Part shown: positions 19,243-27,461 of the stretch, in pieces
Layout of the letters: each line of letters opens with the position of its first letter
How positions within the stretch are numbered: position 1 is the stretch's first letter
From: Ignavibacteriales bacterium
Lineage (GTDB): Bacteria > Bacteroidota > Ignavibacteria > UBA10030 > UBA6906
Length of the DNA: 64,000 bases
Direction of reading: 5' to 3'
Assembly: GCA_037441705.1 (NCBI GenBank)
Contig: JBBIRR010000002.1
Span: 1-64,000, forward strand
Made by a program: the position numbers and the translations under genes
Notes under the pieces: model-generated
The model's database searches: none
The model's input: only the letters and a program-made list of their open reading frames with translations
Told to the model about the DNA's origin: nothing

Positions 19243-20535
19243 ATGGGAATGACGGTTGTAGAAAAAATTCTGGCGAAGGCGACCGGCCGATCGTCGGTGA
19301 CGGTGGGAGAGGTCGTTGAGCCGAAAGTTGATCTGGCGATGTCGCACGAGAACGCAGCGCTTGTCATCAACCAATTTCTCGAAATCTATAAGGACACAAA
19401 CCTCCAGCCGAGGCTCTGGGATCACGACCGGGTGGCCATCATCTTCGACCATCGCGTGCCTGCCGAATCACCCAAGACGGCGACGAACCAGAAGAAGATT
19501 CGCGAGTTCGTTGCCGCGTACGCCATCCGCAAGTTCCACGACATCCGCGGCGATGTCGGCGGCATCTGTCATCAAGTTCTGCCCGAGAACGGCTACGTCC
19601 GACCGGGCTACGTCGTCGTCGGGACCGACTCGCACACCACAAGCCATGGCGCGCTCGGAGCGTTTGCCTTCGGTATCGGGGCGACGGAGATGGCAAGCGT
19701 GTGGGCGCTCGGCACCGTGCTGAACGTCGAAGTGCCGGCCACGCTTCGCGTGAACGTGAGCGGACACTTTCCCGAGTTTGTTGGAGCAAAGGATTTGATT
19801 CTCTTCTTGATCGGCAAGCTCGGAGCAGAAGGAGCCAATTTCAAAGTGATCGAGTTTGGTGGGGAGACGATTACGAACATGCCGACATCAGGCAGGCTCG
19901 TTCTGTGTAACATGTCGGTGGAAGCGGGCGCGACCTCGGGCATTGTTCCTGCCGATGACGAGACGCTCCGCTACCTGCGCCACGAAGCGGGCGTTACGAA
20001 CGACATTCAGCTTGTGCAGCCCGATGCCGATGCACGCTATGAACGCATCATCACGGTTGACGTCTCGAACCTCGAGCCGCACATCGCCTGTCCTCACACG
20101 GTTGATAATGTGAAGCCCATTGATAAGATCAATCATGTGAAGGTAAACCAGATTGTCATCGGTTCGTGCACGAACGGCCGGCTGGATGACCTTGAAGTGG
20201 CGGCCCGGATTGTGCGGGGAAAGAAGATTGCGCGCACCGTCCGCATGCTTGTGTTTCCTGCTTCGGCAAAGATTTACCGACAGGCGTTGGCGAAGGGCTA
20301 CCTTGCCGATCTGGTGAACGCGGGCGCCGTGGTGATGAACCCGGGTTGTGGGCCGTGCCTCGGCGTGCACGAAGGCGCGCTCGGCGACGGCGAAGTGGCG
20401 CTTTCGACCACCAACAGAAATTTCAAAGGACGGATGGGGAATCCCAATTCGGAGGTGTATCTCTGTTCGCCCGCGGTTGCAGCCGCGTCGGCACTCGTCG
20501 GCGCGATTACAGACCCCAGAGAGTCTTCACGCTAA
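19243..20535 (+). CDS. Isopropylmalate/homoaconitate-type dehydratase large subunit (LeuC/HacA-like)
   Basis: IFDH, GICHQ, GTDSHT, LCNMSVEAGA, IGSCTNGR, PGCGPCLG, STTNRNFKGRMG. Confidence 0.93.
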   Translation: MGMTVVEKILAKATGRSSVTVGEVVEPKVDLAMSHENAALVINQFLEIYKDTNLQPRLWDHDRVAIIFDHRVPAESPKTATNQKKIREFVAAYAIRKFHDIRGDVGGICHQVLPENGYVRPGYVVVGTDSHTTSHGALGAFAFGIGATEMASVWALGTVLNVEVPATLRVNVSGHFPEFVGAKDLILFLIGKLGAEGANFKVIEFGGETITNMPTSGRLVLCNMSVEAGATSGIVPADDETLRYLRHEAGVTNDIQLVQPDADARYERIITVDVSNLEPHIACPHTVDNVKPIDKINHVKVNQIVIGSCTNGRLDDLEVAARIVRGKKIARTVRMLVFPASAKIYRQALAKGYLADLVNAGAVVMNPGCGPCLGVHEGALGDGEVALSTTNRNFKGRMGNPNSEVYLCSPAVAAASALVGAITDPRESSR

Positions 20536-20546
20536 GGAGATGCAAC

Positions 20547-21182
20547 ATGAATCTATCTTCATTGCACACATGGTCAATACGATCTGTCACCATCATTTTG
20601 TTGGTGGGACTTGTTCCGGCAATTGTCCGCTCGCACTGCGACACGATGAACGGTCCGGTTGTGCTGGCAGCCAAGAAGGCATTGGAAACAGGCGATGTCA
20701 ATCTCGTCCTGATTTGGGTGCAGAAGAAAGATGAAGCCGAAGTCAGAGACGCGTTTCAAAAAACCCTCGCGGTGCGCAAGCTCAATGCCGATGCTCGCAC
20801 GCTTGCGGACATGTATTTCTTTGAGACGCTTGTTCGCATCCACCGGGCCGGAGAGGGGGTGGCGTATACCGGACTGAAGCCGGCAGACACGGAGGTGGAT
20901 CCGGGGATCGCCGCTGCAGATAAAGCATTAGAGTCAGGGTCGGTTCGAGAGCTTCTTCATCATCTCGAGGAATCCCTGCTTCACAATCTGGATGCGAGAT
21001 TCAAGGGGGTGACAGAGAAGAAGAACTTCAAGCCAGGAGATGTGAATGCAGGCCGTGAGTACGTCAAGGCGTACGTGGAATTCATTCACTTTGTGGAGCG
21101 ACTGCACCAGGCGATAACTCAACCCGTCGAGGGTCATTCGCACGAGGCTGGAGCTGTCGGTACACACCACGGGGACCATTGA
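20547..21182 (+). CDS. Exported protein with mature N-terminal HCD motif (DUF6448-like) and His-rich tail
   Basis: Signal peptide then HCDTMNGPVV; YFFETLVRIHRAGEG; AGREYVKAYVEFIH; EGHSHEAGAVGTHHGDH. Confidence 0.75.
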   Translation: MNLSSLHTWSIRSVTIILLVGLVPAIVRSHCDTMNGPVVLAAKKALETGDVNLVLIWVQKKDEAEVRDAFQKTLAVRKLNADARTLADMYFFETLVRIHRAGEGVAYTGLKPADTEVDPGIAAADKALESGSVRELLHHLEESLLHNLDARFKGVTEKKNFKPGDVNAGREYVKAYVEFIHFVERLHQAITQPVEGHSHEAGAVGTHHGDH

Positions 21183-21223
21183 CTAGAAGAAAACATCATG
21201 CACCAATAAACAAGGAGTTTGTT

Positions 21224-21736
21224 ATGGCACGAGTCGTCCTGACGCTCGGCAACGATGTCTCCACGGATGTCATTTATCCGGGCCGCTACATGGCCACGGT
21301 GCTGCCGACGGAGACGCCGCAGTTTGCCTTTGCCGATCACACCGAGTTCAACGCGAAGCTGAAGGCGAAGCAGATTCCGCCGGGCAGCGTGATTGTCGCA
21401 GGCAAGAATTTCGGCTGCGGTTCATCACGCGAGCAGGCCGTTTCGACGCTGAAGGGACACGAGCTGGTGATTGTGGCAAAGAGCTTTGCACGCATCTTCC
21501 TGCAGAATGCCGTCAACCTTGGCCTGCGACTGGTCGAGGTGCCGGATATTGAAGCGAGCGAAGGAGACGAGCTGGAAATCGGCAGCGATACCGTTGTCAA
21601 CAAAACGACAGGCAGGATGTTCCAAGCTGTGCCGATGCCCAAGTCCCGTCAGGCCATCATTGACGCAGGCGGCTTGATTGCCTACACGAGAAAGAGACTG
21701 CTGGAGAGGGCTGCATCGGGAAGCAGTACAGATTGA
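21224..21736 (+). CDS. Isopropylmalate dehydratase small subunit (LeuD/HacB-like)
   Basis: DVSTDVIYPGRY, AGKNFGCGSSREQA, AKSFARIF..N..N.G. Confidence 0.92.
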   Translation: MARVVLTLGNDVSTDVIYPGRYMATVLPTETPQFAFADHTEFNAKLKAKQIPPGSVIVAGKNFGCGSSREQAVSTLKGHELVIVAKSFARIFLQNAVNLGLRLVEVPDIEASEGDELEIGSDTVVNKTTGRMFQAVPMPKSRQAIIDAGGLIAYTRKRLLERAASGSSTD

Positions 21737-21819
21737 TACCTGCGCCGGCACGACCTGATCGAGACGCAGCAGGCAAGGGCGCGATGACCGTTGCCGCGCC
21801 GGATTCTCCGAATTGTTCC

Positions 21820-21848
21820 TTGCATTTCATCCCTCAGTTCAATACCAT
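21820..21848 (+). promoter_or_regulatory. Putative sigma70 promoter
   Basis: TTGCAT-N17-TACCAT upstream of the lipoprotein/TonB operon. Confidence 0.45.
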
Positions 21849-21874
21849 GAAGCGTGACGAAATCACTCACGCGC

Positions 21875-22405
21875 ATGAGCGGAAGACTGCTGCCTGTTCT
21901 CGTACTGGTTACTTCGGTTCTTCTTTGCGCCGGCTGCGATAAGGGGTTGAATCCCGATCCGTCCGGGTTCAGCGGGACCATTCATCTCATCAACTGGCCT
22001 CCGCCCGACAGTGTGTGGGAGCTGCGTCTCGTCGCTTTCAAAAATCCCCCCACCGATAGCTCCAATCTCTTTCTTGAATGGACCAGAGGAAATGTGCTGG
22101 TGTACCCTCCCATCGGAACGACGGCATTCAAGAAAACCGATAGCACCGGACGCTTTGTTGATTCGATCAAATATACGGTGCTCATTCAGGGCATTGATGT
22201 TGATGAGCCGGTTCGGTACAGCTATGTCGCGCTTGCGTGGAGGTACAGTCCCAACATCTTCACAGACTGGCGTCCGGCCGGGCTGTATGCGCCGCAACCC
22301 TATTCGTTTGTCCCGAAACCTCTTGTCATTGCCAAGCATCAGTTCATTACCGGCGTTGATCTTTATTGTGATTTTCGGAATCCACCACCGCGGCCGTGGC
22401 AATGA
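21875..22405 (+). CDS. Hypothetical lipoprotein
   Basis: Hydrophobic signal ending CAGC; stop overlaps the TonB receptor ATG (ATGA). Confidence 0.75.
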   Translation: MSGRLLPVLVLVTSVLLCAGCDKGLNPDPSGFSGTIHLINWPPPDSVWELRLVAFKNPPTDSSNLFLEWTRGNVLVYPPIGTTAFKKTDSTGRFVDSIKYTVLIQGIDVDEPVRYSYVALAWRYSPNIFTDWRPAGLYAPQPYSFVPKPLVIAKHQFITGVDLYCDFRNPPPRPWQ

Positions 22406-24636
22406 AGGCTCGTTCCATTCTGATCCTTCTTCATCTCATCACGTTGCGTCTCGTTGCCGGGGGCGGGTCCCTTGCAGGTCGGGTAACGGCTGGAGGCGAG
22501 GAGCGGGGTGAGCCGCTTGTGGGTGTTGCTGTGATGGTGCAGGGAACGGTTCGCGGTACCACAACGGATGCTCAAGGTCGGTATCGGATTGCTGGGCTTA
22601 CGCCGGGACGGTACACCGTTGTCTTCTCGCTCGTCGGATATCAGCGCCACGTCCTGACGAATGTGAACGTCGAAGAGAATGATGAAACTGTGCTGGACGT
22701 GGAACTGATGGCTACACCGATTCCACAAGAACAGATTGTGGTCACCGCAAACAAACGGCCGCAGTCGCTGGAGGAAGTTCCCGTGTCGACATCGGTCCTT
22801 GAGAACGAGGAGATTGGTTTTCGGAACTCTCAAACCGTTGAGGAAGCGCTCCGCTATGTTTCCGGCGTGAATATCACCGGACGGCAGGTGAACATCCGCG
22901 GCTCCAGCGGCTATGCTATCGGGGTGGGGAGTCGTGTGATGATGCAGTTGGATGGCATTCCCTTCATCACCGGCGACACGGGCGAGTTGATTTTCGAGTC
23001 GGTTCCCGTAGGACAGATTGATCGCATCGAAGTTGTCAAAGGGGCAAGCTCGGCACTGTACGGGACGAGCGCGCTCGGCGGCGTCATCAACATCATCACG
23101 AAGCCGATCCCCGAAATTCCCGAGACCCACGTCCGCACGTACGCAGGTTTGTACAACAAGCCCTCCTTTGCCAAATGGAAGTGGACGGATCGAAACCTGT
23201 ACTTCACCGGCATGGCGTTGAGTCACGCGTTCAAGGCGGGTGACCTTGGCATCGTGTTCGCCCTCTCGCGTCAGACCGATGATGGGTACCGGAAGAACGA
23301 CCATCGCAAGCGGCACAATGTGTATCTGAAAACGGAGGAACACTTCTCCTCGGAAAATTCGCTGACACTCAACGTTGGCTTGCTGAACGAGTACGGCGGC
23401 AAATTCAATTACTGGCAGAATTTAGACTCGGCGCTGCTGCCGTTCCGCCTCCAACGCGATGACGAGATCAAATCCACACGGTACTACGTGAGCGGCATCT
23501 ATCGCGATGTCGTCACGGAGAATGTAGCGCTGACGGCGAAAGGGATCTGGAACTACAACAGCTTCGTCTCCACCACGTGGCACGATTCGGGGGCGGGACG
23601 GTGGAAGGACATCAAAGGCTCTATCGCAAACGGCTTTCGCCTGGAAGCAGGGGCAACGTGGTACGTCAACGAGGAGCATACAGTCACCGCCGGCGCCGAG
23701 GGCCAGCTCGATCTGATCACGTCGGACCTGTTCAGCGATCGGAAAGCCTACGGCGGGGCTCTCTACGCTCAGGACGAATGGAAACTGGACGATCGATTCA
23801 CCTTCACCTACGGCATGCGGCTCGACCTGCAGTCACTCTATCTTACACAATCGTCTCCGCAGTTCAACCCCAAGCTTGCGCTCACCTACACCCCATCGGA
23901 GGGAACGACGTTCCGTACATCGTTCGGGCGCGGGTTCAGGGTTCCTTCGGTTGCCGAGGCGTGGGTGTCGCTCGATCTCGGTCTCGGCTTCTTCGTCCCG
24001 AGTCCGAACCTGAAGCCCGAGCGGAGCTATTCTTTCGAGTTGGGCGTCTCCCACCAACTGGGAGAGCTTGGCGTGGTTGACGTTGCTGCGTTTTCGTCAT
24101 GGTATAACGACCTTGTGGAGCCGCGGGCCTATTCGAATCAAACGCGCGATACCTTGTTTGTTCAGTGGCAGAACGTCGCCCGCGCCCGCGTTCAGGGCTT
24201 CGAAACCTCGCTGAAATTGGGCTTTCTTGACGGGGCGCTGCAATACAGCCTCGGCTACACCTATGTCTATCCCGAGGATCAGAGTTCTTTAGACACGCTT
24301 GCCCCTCGCCGCAACAACATCCTTCCGTACCGCCCGCGGCATGTGTTGTATTCTCAGGTGTTAGGGCAGATGGGACTGTTGCGTGTTGGGGTAGATTTCC
24401 GTTACATTAGTCGTGTGGATCGGGTGTACGATCTGTTCGCGATCATTCAGGATGCCGATGAGCGCGTGGCGATTGTGGTTACGGATTTCCGCTTCGGCGC
24501 CGATTTCTCGTCGCTGGGCGTGCCTGTGACGGCAACGTTCAACATCAATAATGCGTTTCGCTACAATTATCTGGAACTCACCGCGAATGTGAGTCCGCCG
24601 CGAACATTCGTTCTTGCGCTGGAAGCAACGTTGTAA
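22402..24636 (+). CDS. TonB-dependent receptor with N-terminal CarboxypepD_reg-like domain
   Basis: GEPLVGVAV..GTTTDAQG, IVVTANK, NIRG, IDRIEVVKGASSALYG, NLKPERS. Confidence 0.93.
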   Translation: MKARSILILLHLITLRLVAGGGSLAGRVTAGGEERGEPLVGVAVMVQGTVRGTTTDAQGRYRIAGLTPGRYTVVFSLVGYQRHVLTNVNVEENDETVLDVELMATPIPQEQIVVTANKRPQSLEEVPVSTSVLENEEIGFRNSQTVEEALRYVSGVNITGRQVNIRGSSGYAIGVGSRVMMQLDGIPFITGDTGELIFESVPVGQIDRIEVVKGASSALYGTSALGGVINIITKPIPEIPETHVRTYAGLYNKPSFAKWKWTDRNLYFTGMALSHAFKAGDLGIVFALSRQTDDGYRKNDHRKRHNVYLKTEEHFSSENSLTLNVGLLNEYGGKFNYWQNLDSALLPFRLQRDDEIKSTRYYVSGIYRDVVTENVALTAKGIWNYNSFVSTTWHDSGAGRWKDIKGSIANGFRLEAGATWYVNEEHTVTAGAEGQLDLITSDLFSDRKAYGGALYAQDEWKLDDRFTFTYGMRLDLQSLYLTQSSPQFNPKLALTYTPSEGTTFRTSFGRGFRVPSVAEAWVSLDLGLGFFVPSPNLKPERSYSFELGVSHQLGELGVVDVAAFSSWYNDLVEPRAYSNQTRDTLFVQWQNVARARVQGFETSLKLGFLDGALQYSLGYTYVYPEDQSSLDTLAPRRNNILPYRPRHVLYSQVLGQMGLLRVGVDFRYISRVDRVYDLFAIIQDADERVAIVVTDFRFGADFSSLGVPVTATFNINNAFRYNYLELTANVSPPRTFVLALEATL

Positions 24637-24705
24637 GGTTCGAGAGCAACAACCGGTTTGTGGAAGTAGCAACCTGCACAAATTAATTTAATAAGGAGTT
24701 GACTC

Positions 24706-25809
24706 ATGAAAACGCGTGTCGTCAAGATGCTGCTCGTCTGTGGAAGCGTATTCCTGTGTCTTGAGGGGAAGGCACAAATTACCATCTCACAAAGCGAAAT
24801 CAATGGGATACTCACGCCCGGCAACATCCTACCCACAATTACCGATAACACAGTCACGACGCTCAATATTGGAACGGCCGGCTCGCTATCAAACAACTGG
24901 AACTTCAGCCACCTTGCGACCAACTCATTTCAAGTGTTCCGTGCGGTTTCTGCAGCGTCTTCTCCGTGGATAGCGCAACATCCTGGTGCAACACACTGTC
25001 TCCGCCTCGATACGAATTTTATCGGGATCTCCGGTTCCATCTACCAATATCTCCAGCTCACCCCGACCCAGTTGATCAACATGGGCGCTATGGGACGCCA
25101 GAGTGTCCTCATCGGAACGCTCGAGTTTCGCTTGCGCGTCATCCCCAACGAGATTGTCTATGGGTTGCCGTTAACGGTCGGCACAAGCTGGGCAACGGAG
25201 TTCACGAATTGGACACGCATCAGTTTGAACAACGATTCCATCGGCGGTTCGTTGACGACGCATCGAGCGCGCTACACAATCGATGCGGCAGGCTGGATGA
25301 CGCTGCCCAACGACTCCCGCCGCGTTGCTGCTCTTCGCATCCGCAAGGTGAATTTCTACAACAACAGTCCCGTGGGCGGCTATATCTTTCTTTCGCGGGG
25401 AGGAGCTCAGGTGTTTGTGGAAACGTATGATACCGTCACAACCAGTGGGGTTATTACGGTAACACAAGGCAAAACGCTCTGGAACAACTCCGTCGTGCCG
25501 GGGCAGGATATCACGCTCGATGTTCCGTTGAGTGATGCTGTTCCGAGGGCATTCTCTCTGAGCCAGAATTACCCCAATCCCTTCAATCCGTCCACCACCA
25601 TTCACTTCACGCTGCCGCAATCGAGCGCCGTGTCGCTGAAAGTCTTCAACACGCTCGGCCAGGAGGTTGCAGAATTGGCTTCGGGTGACTACGATGCGGG
25701 CAGTCATGCGGTCGTTTGGAACGCTGAGGGATTGGCGAGCGGCCTGTACTACTATAAGCTTGTGGCGGGGAAGTTCTCGGAAACAAAAGCCATGGTGCTC
25801 GTGCGGTAG
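24706..25809 (+). CDS. Secreted protein with T9SS type A C-terminal sorting domain
   Basis: LSQNYPNPFNPSTTI ... VFNTLGQEV ... LASGLYYYKL ... KAMVLVR; N-terminal signal peptide. Confidence 0.88.
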   Translation: MKTRVVKMLLVCGSVFLCLEGKAQITISQSEINGILTPGNILPTITDNTVTTLNIGTAGSLSNNWNFSHLATNSFQVFRAVSAASSPWIAQHPGATHCLRLDTNFIGISGSIYQYLQLTPTQLINMGAMGRQSVLIGTLEFRLRVIPNEIVYGLPLTVGTSWATEFTNWTRISLNNDSIGGSLTTHRARYTIDAAGWMTLPNDSRRVAALRIRKVNFYNNSPVGGYIFLSRGGAQVFVETYDTVTTSGVITVTQGKTLWNNSVVPGQDITLDVPLSDAVPRAFSLSQNYPNPFNPSTTIHFTLPQSSAVSLKVFNTLGQEVAELASGDYDAGSHAVVWNAEGLASGLYYYKLVAGKFSETKAMVLVR

Positions 25810-26065
25810 AACGAGTGCGGTGCTCGTCGGATGGTGAGCAAGAACTCACCTGGCGATCTGTTCGAGGGGTTGGAATTCATCCGATGTGGAAGTATATTTC
25901 TTTGGGTCTGAAGGTTCCACGCTCTTTGGAGAAAAGAAGCCCACGATTGCTCTGCTGAGGCAAGCGTGTCCCTTCTCTCATGATGCTTGGTGTGCCCTCA
26001 CGAGTTCGTTGAAGGCAGGAAGGCCCTCAGTCGTACATCTTATGCTTATCCCTGGAACCAGACAA

Positions 26066-26677
26066 ATGCCAAGGGCCACGAATCCACTGCTGTCCCGTTT
26101 GCACAACCTGTATTGGGAGCTTCGCCTCGGAATCTCCACGCATGGGATTGTGGATACGGTGATTCCAGACGCATCCCATTACGCCACGATGCGTTATGCA
26201 AGTATCATCCCCATTCTGGAACATCTCTCATTGCAACCTTCCGATGTTGTTGTTGATGTCGGCTCGGGGAAAGGAAGAGTGCTGTGTGTCGCTGCTCGGT
26301 ATGTTGTTCAGGAAGTGATCGGGATTGAAGCCGTGCCCGAACTGTGTCGGGTCGCTGAAAAGAACAGCCGCCAGCTACGTGGACGGAAATCACCGATCGT
26401 CATCTACAACTCGCTTGCTCAAGAGTTCGACTACTCGAAGGGTACGGTCTTCACCTTCTTCAACCCTTTTGGTGCCGCAACGCTTTCGACAGTTGTCGAA
26501 CGCATTCATGCCGGACTTCAACACCGACCCCGTCCGATCCGCATTGCCTACGCAAATCCCGAACATGATCACATCCTCGCGCAGTGCTCGTGGCTTGACC
26601 GTTATGATGCGTGGCGTAAGGAGGAACGAGGGATGGAACACTCCGTTACGTTCTACCGCTCGAACAACAGTCTATGA
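26066..26677 (+). CDS. Class I SAM-dependent methyltransferase
   Basis: VVVDVGSGKGRVL, IGIE, FFNPFG; start uncertain (ORF is open from 25886). Confidence 0.8.
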   Translation: MPRATNPLLSRLHNLYWELRLGISTHGIVDTVIPDASHYATMRYASIIPILEHLSLQPSDVVVDVGSGKGRVLCVAARYVVQEVIGIEAVPELCRVAEKNSRQLRGRKSPIVIYNSLAQEFDYSKGTVFTFFNPFGAATLSTVVERIHAGLQHRPRPIRIAYANPEHDHILAQCSWLDRYDAWRKEERGMEHSVTFYRSNNSL

Positions 26678-27309
26678 TCCGCTTGCTGCCGGCGGTTCTG
26701 CTGAGCTGCGGTCTACTTGCCCGGCCACCGGCCACGCCGGCACAGAACGCGACCAGCGACCTCGTTGAGGTGGTAACGCTCGATTCGACCATCAGGTTGG
26801 ACATCCGCTACGCGACATCCAACAATTTCATGAAGCGCCCGATGTACACGCAGGTCCGAGCATTTCTGCAGCGTCCGGCGGCAGAGGCGTTGGTGCGCGC
26901 GAACGCTCGGCTGAAGAAGCGTGGCTTTGGGATTCTTCTGTTTGATGCCTACAGGCCGTGGGATGTCACCAAGCAGTTCTGGGACGAGACGCCGCCTGTG
27001 CAGCGGAAGTTTGTTGCCAACCCGAAAGAAGGCTCCAAGCATAATCGGGGCTGCGCGGTGGATGTATCGCTGTACGATGTTCGGACCGGCAAGGAAGTGA
27101 CGATGCCCAGCGCCTACGATGAGTTTACCGCACGGGCCGCTGCCCGCTACAAGGGCGGTACGTTGCAGCAGCGCCGGATGCGCGACCTGCTGCGCGAAGC
27201 GATGGAAGCCGAAGGGTTCAGCGTCCATCCTGCCGAATGGTGGCACTTCGATTTCCATTCGTGGCGCGACTATCCCATTCTCAACATCCCCTTCGATAGT
27301 CTTAAGTAG
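26674..27309 (+). CDS. ddpX: D-alanyl-D-alanine dipeptidase (M15, VanX/DdpX family)
   Basis: DIRYAT.NNF, FDAYRP, SKHNRGCAVD, EWWHF. Confidence 0.9.
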   Translation: MIRLLPAVLLSCGLLARPPATPAQNATSDLVEVVTLDSTIRLDIRYATSNNFMKRPMYTQVRAFLQRPAAEALVRANARLKKRGFGILLFDAYRPWDVTKQFWDETPPVQRKFVANPKEGSKHNRGCAVDVSLYDVRTGKEVTMPSAYDEFTARAAARYKGGTLQQRRMRDLLREAMEAEGFSVHPAEWWHFDFHSWRDYPILNIPFDSLK

Positions 27310-27373
27310 AACAACGTATCCTCTTTTCGCTTCACAGAGCGTGTGCACAGCGTCATAGCCTCCGGCACGTTCG

Positions 27374-27402
27374 TTGACATTCTACTATGCAATGGATATA
27401 TT
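27374..27402 (+). promoter_or_regulatory. Sigma70-type promoter
   Basis: TTGACA-N17-TATATT, 59 nt before ATG 27462. Confidence 0.7.
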
Positions 27403-27461
27403 TTTTCACGTTTGAAGCGTTCATCGGGCGTTTCGTTTAGACAAATGATTCTATTCCCCCC

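Noticed and set aside
14641-21736. Plain leucine biosynthesis operon (leuBCD)
   Set aside because: No leuA or ilv genes here; the DRE-TIM gene has HMG-CoA-lyase motifs and a class III CoA-transferase is embedded, so leu symbols were withheld
21737-21875. Cobalamin or other riboswitch before the TonB receptor operon
   Set aside because: No B12-box or other conserved riboswitch motif recognised; the candidate promoter leaves only a very short leader
26674-27309. vanX as evidence of a vancomycin resistance cluster
   Set aside because: No vanH/vanA/vanRS nearby; the signal-peptide-bearing DdpX type is common in Gram-negative bacteria
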